In this document: piece by piece, positions 59,487 to 64,000 of the stretch
How the letters are laid out: each line of letters starts with the position of its first letter
Position numbering within the stretch: position 1 is the stretch's first letter
Notes under the pieces: generated by a model
Databases searched by the model: none
What the model was told of the DNA's origin: nothing
The model's input: only the letters and a program-made list of their open reading frames with translations
Assembly: GCA_964458565.1 (NCBI GenBank)
Contig: CAYWJO010000004.1
Span: 1 to 64,000 of the forward strand
DNA length: 64,000 bases
Direction: 5' to 3'
Source of the DNA: an uncultured archaeon
Lineage (GTDB): Archaea; Asgardarchaeota; Thorarchaeia; Thorarchaeales; Thorarchaeaceae
Made by a program: the position numbers and the translations under genes

Positions 59487-60101
59487 TTATTCTCCTATTT
59501 CCTTCCATTCAAGCATCTTCAGGTCTTCAAGGGTGTGGATTGCTTTCTGTACGTCTTTCATTTTGAATCCTAATTGATCAGCAATGTCTAAAGAAGTTAA
59601 TTTTCCCTTGCACATTTGAGCGACATCATAGGTTTCTTGTGTTAACTGTCCAAGACGTACAAGCATTGGAGATACCTTTCCTTTTAAAATTGGAACAATT
59701 GTTTTCAATTCTGAAGCTTTTCCATTTTTTGTAATGTCATCAAGCAGAGGACGAAACTTATCAAATGGTTCAAGATTACCATCCCAGCTATCAAGTATAT
59801 TTTCGTACATTCCAACAAATGCATTGTTGACTTCAGCTAGAACTGCCATTGCAGCATTCCCATCATCGGTCTTATCAACTGATGCAGCAACGATCACGTT
59901 CTCTTTGAGAGAGAGGCATATGTCAAAGACGCCGAAGTCAATTACATGAACTCGATTTCCTTCACTTAACTCTCTACCAAACTGAATGAGTGCTGTAAGG
60001 AACCCACTGATTAAATTCGGGTCCATCTCGGCCTCTCCATATTTCCTATCGAGTACACAAAGGCCACTGTCGGCAATGAGAATGTAGATGGCTTGAATCA
60101 A
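59487..60101 (-). CDS. Longin-domain protein with a C-terminal wHTH
   Basis: IYI...SG..V....Y.....D..LISGFLTAL..F..E and W.G....F..F; tail C.GK.T..DIA..LG.....V...I..L. Confidence 0.85.
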   Translation of the reverse strand: MIQAIYILIADSGLCVLDRKYGEAEMDPNLISGFLTALIQFGRELSEGNRVHVIDFGVFDICLSLKENVIVAASVDKTDDGNAAMAVLAEVNNAFVGMYENILDSWDGNLEPFDKFRPLLDDITKNGKASELKTIVPILKGKVSPMLVRLGQLTQETYDVAQMCKGKLTSLDIADQLGFKMKDVQKAIHTLEDLKMLEWKEIGE

Positions 60102-60231
60102 CGTACATATCTCCGTCAGGACTACTTAAACGAATTAAACCTTCAAGCTTTATATCACTTCTCGTTTCATACTCAACCTTTTATCGAGTGCTTTATCAGG
60201 TATTTGCACACTTGTGAATTTGGTGAGATGA

Positions 60232-60930
60232 TTGGATACTGCAAAGGATGCTAGAATTTTAGTGTTAGAAGATGCTCTCCGACGTTTAAATGAAGTAGTA
60301 AATAATAGGAAACTAAAATTTCATATTGAGTATTCAAAACTAGGACAAGCACTCAAGGTTGCTGGTTCTTTAATCTACGAGGTGAAATACAGTTATCAGT
60401 CAGCTGAGCAACTCGCAGATTCGGAGGCAACCAAGAACCTGGTTGAAGCTATCTCAGACTTCGAATCATTATTTGAACAATCTTTTACTTCGTCAGCTTT
60501 TTCCCCAAAGACCCTAAATGATAAACTCGTCCTGGCTGAAGTCAGATACTCTCTCCGGATTGTTAGGAGATTTCCAGAGAAACTTCGCCATTTTGATGAT
60601 GACCCTGCGTATGCAATCGACGTTCTCGCTGTAGAAGTAACGCAAATACAACCTGTGAAAGATTCAGATAAGCTCACTGAATGTAGATGTACAGATGGAT
60701 CCAGGATTTGGCCAATCGTCACAAACATTCAAAATATCAAACAGGGAACGAAGCTCGTATGCGGTGTACTTCCTCCTGTAGAAATGATGGGTGTAATAAG
60801 CGAAGCTATGTTCTTGGGAGGCGAATTACTTGCTGATTCGGTTGATTTAGGACTTCTAGATGCCATTCCCGCATCTGCAATGAATCAAGCTAGAGCACAA
60901 GTTCTAGAAATCACGAAGAGGATGACCTAG
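60232..60930 (+). CDS. tRNA-binding (Trbp111/EMAP OB-fold) domain protein with a helical N-terminus
   Basis: IVTN, LPP.EMMGV.SE.MFLG. Confidence 0.85.
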   Translation: MDTAKDARILVLEDALRRLNEVVNNRKLKFHIEYSKLGQALKVAGSLIYEVKYSYQSAEQLADSEATKNLVEAISDFESLFEQSFTSSAFSPKTLNDKLVLAEVRYSLRIVRRFPEKLRHFDDDPAYAIDVLAVEVTQIQPVKDSDKLTECRCTDGSRIWPIVTNIQNIKQGTKLVCGVLPPVEMMGVISEAMFLGGELLADSVDLGLLDAIPASAMNQARAQVLEITKRMT

Positions 60931-61269
60931 ATGGATCTGAATGATATACAGGAAGCCTTCAAGCTGTTCTTGAGAGAACGCAATTGGAATAAATTCTCGG
61001 CTTCTCAGGTCTTCACTCATCTTGTAGAAGAGTTAGGGGAAATTTCCAGACATATATCCATAGAAGAAGGATACAAGATTGTAGGTATTGGACATGAGGA
61101 TTTGTCTAAAGAGGAGTTACCAAGAGAGTTCGCTCAGGCATTCAATCTCTTTTTGCAATTAGCCATCCATTTTGATATTGAATTGGAAACAAGCTTTTTA
61201 GAAGAACTTGAACGAATGCGAGTGAGATTTCCGGCTGAGAAATGGCGTGAAGCTCTGAAAGATAAATGA
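60931..61269 (+). CDS. MazG-like nucleotide pyrophosphohydrolase
   Basis: L.EELGE, E.A......L.LA....I.LE. Confidence 0.85.
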   Translation: MDLNDIQEAFKLFLRERNWNKFSASQVFTHLVEELGEISRHISIEEGYKIVGIGHEDLSKEELPREFAQAFNLFLQLAIHFDIELETSFLEELERMRVRFPAEKWREALKDK

Positions 61270-61293
61270 ATTGAATCTCTCTTTTTTTAATTC

Positions 61294-61740
61294 CTAGCTC
61301 ATTCTTTTTCTTGCTTCGAGTGCTTTCTTAGCCATATCCTCTAGGTCCTTTGTGGCTGCTAATAGGCCTAGCGCTTTGTTTTGCACTACTTGAATGTTTG
61401 ATTCCTTTGCCCATTGTGCAAGACCTGTCACCAATGGTCCTAATGCAGTTCTAGCCGCTTCAACTGTACCAACAGCTTTCCCCAGGAGTTCAACAGCAAA
61501 CTCTTTCTCCTTTCCAGATTCAGCAACACGAAGCCATACTAACGCATGAATCATATAAAGTGCATCAAGCATCAGTGTGGGTGATTTCGGGTTTTCTTGC
61601 ACCTTTTTCAGAAGTCGTTCTTGTCTGCTCTCGAAAACTTCCTTGAAATAACCAAATGCTTTCTTATCATTACCCTTGTCAAGTTCAATAATCCCTTTCT
61701 GTAGCTTCTCGTCGCTTTCAGACACCGCGGCACTCTCCAA
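61294..61740 (-). CDS. Hypothetical helical protein
   Basis: 148-aa ORF, TTG start. Confidence 0.65.
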   Translation of the reverse strand: MESAAVSESDEKLQKGIIELDKGNDKKAFGYFKEVFESRQERLLKKVQENPKSPTLMLDALYMIHALVWLRVAESGKEKEFAVELLGKAVGTVEAARTALGPLVTGLAQWAKESNIQVVQNKALGLLAATKDLEDMAKKALEARKRMS

Positions 61741-61898
61741 TGTTATATTTTCTCTATCGTGATGATATGCAGAGATACTTATGAGTTTCTACTTTAGTAT
61801 ACTAAAGTCAATGTGTTACATAACATCATTGGTTCAGAAGGTTTAATACTCTCCCGATTTTGCATATCTCTCATTCAATCTGCTTGGGGTGTCTAATA

Positions 61899-63491
61899 AT
61901 GACTAAGACCACTTTTACATTTCAAGAACTAAAGAGAACCAATCATCAAGAAATTAAAGAAATGCAGGAGCGCAAATTCAGAGCCTTTATTCGTTATCAG
62001 GTGTGGCCAAATCATGCTTACTACAGGCGATTATTCAAGGAGAACAATATAGACCCCTTTAACATTACAAAAATTGAGGATTGGGCGAAATACAATATTC
62101 CGCTCGTTAGGAAGATAGATTACAAAGACCACCTAACTGAATTTGTTTTAAACCCATCCCAGGTAGATGGTGCTGATAGGCCTCCAGCTGAAATAATGAC
62201 CAACATGATGAAATATTCTAAAGAATCAGGTAATTCTGAGCAATACAAATTCATTCGAAATAATGGGGCTAAAGTCAAACTAAAGATTGGTGCATCCGCA
62301 GCAACAGAACGTTTGAAGGAGCGATTGACGTATAATTACTCTCCTCTTCAGTTTTGGTTGAGCTCAGGCCGGTCATCTGGTTTACCTTCACCAGTATTTC
62401 TTACAAGATATGATAATGAGCTATTGGAGAAGAATAGTGTAAAGTGTGGTCAACTTGCAGTTGATCCATTTATTGAAAGTGACTGGGAAGTATCAAGTAT
62501 GAATCTCTTCCCATATGCTCCTCATTTAGGTTGGCATGCAGTCAATGTTGGGCTCAAACAACTAAGTAAATTCTATACAGCTACAAGTGCAGGAGGTGCA
62601 ATACCGACTGAAAAATTAGTTGAACTTGCAAAGGCTTTCAAAGTTAATGCTTTTGCAGGAATGCCTAGTTACATGAGAAATCGCTTCTTTAGGGAAATGC
62701 GAGAAGCTGATTATGAGGCTCCTGAGAAAGTAGTTGTACTATTGGCTGGTGAAAAGATCTATCCACGTGTTGCTGATGATATTCGTGAGATTCTATTCGA
62801 GAAAGGATCTAAAGAAGTTCAGCTTGTCGGTGGTTATGCCTCTTCTGAAAGCAAGGTATCATTTGCGGTTCAGTGTAAGTATGAAGGTCCATACCATAAT
62901 CTCTCTCCACTAATGATGAGTTGGGAGTTTGTCAAATTCAATTCTGACGGAACTTACGATTTTTGTGATGAAGATGAAGAGGGTCATGTAACTCTTTTCC
63001 ATCTAGATAGTTGCGGTACTATTTTTGAAGGATTTCTCCTTGGAGATGTTGCCCAACGTCATGAAGCTGGTAAGTGTCCACACTGCGGAATGGATGGACT
63101 CTTCTTCTGGGATGTTGGAAGAACAAATGACGCTCTAGCACAAATGGAAATCATGGGATTGAGTGAAAAGAAAATTAAAGGTTCTACTGTGAATCTCTCA
63201 GCTTTGAGAACTGACCTGCTTGCTTTAGGAGAAATTGAAGAAGTACAAATAGAGGTGGCAAAGGAAGATATGAAAGATCCATATAGTATGGATGTTCTCA
63301 ATCTCCATGTGGCACCAAAGGGGTCTCCAGATGGAAATTATGCGTCCCTCATTCTTGAGATTCAGAGGATAACCAAGAATAGTACCGAAGTTACTCCCTA
63401 CGTATTCATCATTGGTTTTGAAGAACTTCTTGATAAAGCGGGTGGTATGAAATTCATGGAAGTATCTGATGTCAGACCAAAGCCTGCATAA
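61899..63491 (+). CDS. Phenylacetate-CoA ligase (PaaK)-like adenylate-forming enzyme
   Basis: YYR.LF, SSG.SSG.P P-loop, G.PSY, AGE, Y.SSE, GD, GR, IKG..V. Confidence 0.8.
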   Translation: MTKTTFTFQELKRTNHQEIKEMQERKFRAFIRYQVWPNHAYYRRLFKENNIDPFNITKIEDWAKYNIPLVRKIDYKDHLTEFVLNPSQVDGADRPPAEIMTNMMKYSKESGNSEQYKFIRNNGAKVKLKIGASAATERLKERLTYNYSPLQFWLSSGRSSGLPSPVFLTRYDNELLEKNSVKCGQLAVDPFIESDWEVSSMNLFPYAPHLGWHAVNVGLKQLSKFYTATSAGGAIPTEKLVELAKAFKVNAFAGMPSYMRNRFFREMREADYEAPEKVVVLLAGEKIYPRVADDIREILFEKGSKEVQLVGGYASSESKVSFAVQCKYEGPYHNLSPLMMSWEFVKFNSDGTYDFCDEDEEGHVTLFHLDSCGTIFEGFLLGDVAQRHEAGKCPHCGMDGLFFWDVGRTNDALAQMEIMGLSEKKIKGSTVNLSALRTDLLALGEIEEVQIEVAKEDMKDPYSMDVLNLHVAPKGSPDGNYASLILEIQRITKNSTEVTPYVFIIGFEELLDKAGGMKFMEVSDVRPKPA

Positions 63492-63527
63492 GGGTAAGAA
63501 TTCAGTATCGTGACATAGGTGAAAGAA

Positions 63528-64000
63528 ATGGCAATGGAAGAGGCTACGCAATCCACAGATGATGGTATGCTATATCGTTCTGGTGCGATTGAATTACTCG
63601 GTAGGTCCTTGACAGTCTGGTATCGTGGACTATCAAGATTCATAATACTATTTGGACTTGGAATGATGTCTCTATCTTTTGTGATTAGTGCATTACTTTC
63701 GTATATTTTTCTTAATCCCGAACTAATATATTTCACAAGTTTTGACGGATTCGGATTTGTATTGAGAATTCCTGCTTATTCAGATTTGATTATCTTCAAT
63801 GTAATTGTGCTTTTATTCTCAACAGTCATCATGGGTATTATTGAAGCCCCCACAACAAAATTCACCCTTGATTTATACGAACAGAATACTCCTGAAGTTG
63901 ACAAAGCAATTGTCGAATCGAAGCCCAAAATAGGCGCTTTCATTCGTTTTCGATTGATTGTTATCCTTATAGAACTTGCATTTATACTCCCCATTCTATT
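63528..64000 (+). CDS. Membrane protein, 3'-truncated (not in ORF track)
   Basis: AGGTGA RBS, ATG 63528 (MAMEEATQSTDD...), frame open to the window end with hydrophobic helices. Confidence 0.75.
   Translation, partial: MAMEEATQSTDDGMLYRSGAIELLGRSLTVWYRGLSRFIILFGLGMMSLSFVISALLSYIFLNPELIYFTSFDGFGFVLRIPAYSDLIIFNVIVLLFSTVIMGIIEAPTTKFTLDLYEQNTPEVDKAIVESKPKIGAFIRFRLIVILIELAFILPIL

Noticed and set aside
1-64000. CRISPR arrays, tRNA/rRNA genes, transposases and the many short overlapping ORFs in the track
   Set aside because: No repeat-spacer periodicity, cloverleaf/T-loop or transposase motifs were seen by eye. The short ORFs overlap well-supported genes in antisense or alternate frames.

Overview
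This is a gene-dense, AT-rich archaeal chromosomal segment. Its gene content points to an Asgard archaeon, most plausibly Thorarchaeia (inference). The markers are a proteasome alpha subunit, archaeal D-aminoacyl-tRNA deacylase, thiolase plus DUF35, a PDCD5-like protein, a longin-domain protein, a Rab-like fold and TrmB/coiled-coil proteins. About 65 CDS cover housekeeping, acyl-CoA/beta-oxidation metabolism and an FGGY kinase-GlpABC-alkyl-DHAP-synthase-like cluster. I saw no rRNA, tRNA, CRISPR array or transposase. The top finding is a candidate new selenoprotein. The minus-strand ORF called as 5931..6620 extends in frame to an ATG at 6734 through a single TGA in a C-V-S-U (CxxU) motif. A compact eukaryote/Loki-type SECIS-like hairpin follows, and its AUGA core overlaps the terminal stop codon. 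Other notable items: a ~340-nt nested structured intergenic RNA candidate; a membrane protein ending in a TFB/TFIIB cyclin repeat; two tandem CdrS-like RHH genes missed by the ORF track, with palindromic operators and a Cys-rich paralog pair downstream; a Rab-like pseudo-GTPase; a SNAP-like protein; and a 1298-aa TrmB split by a giant helical insert. All family assignments come from motif recognition by eye, not database searches.
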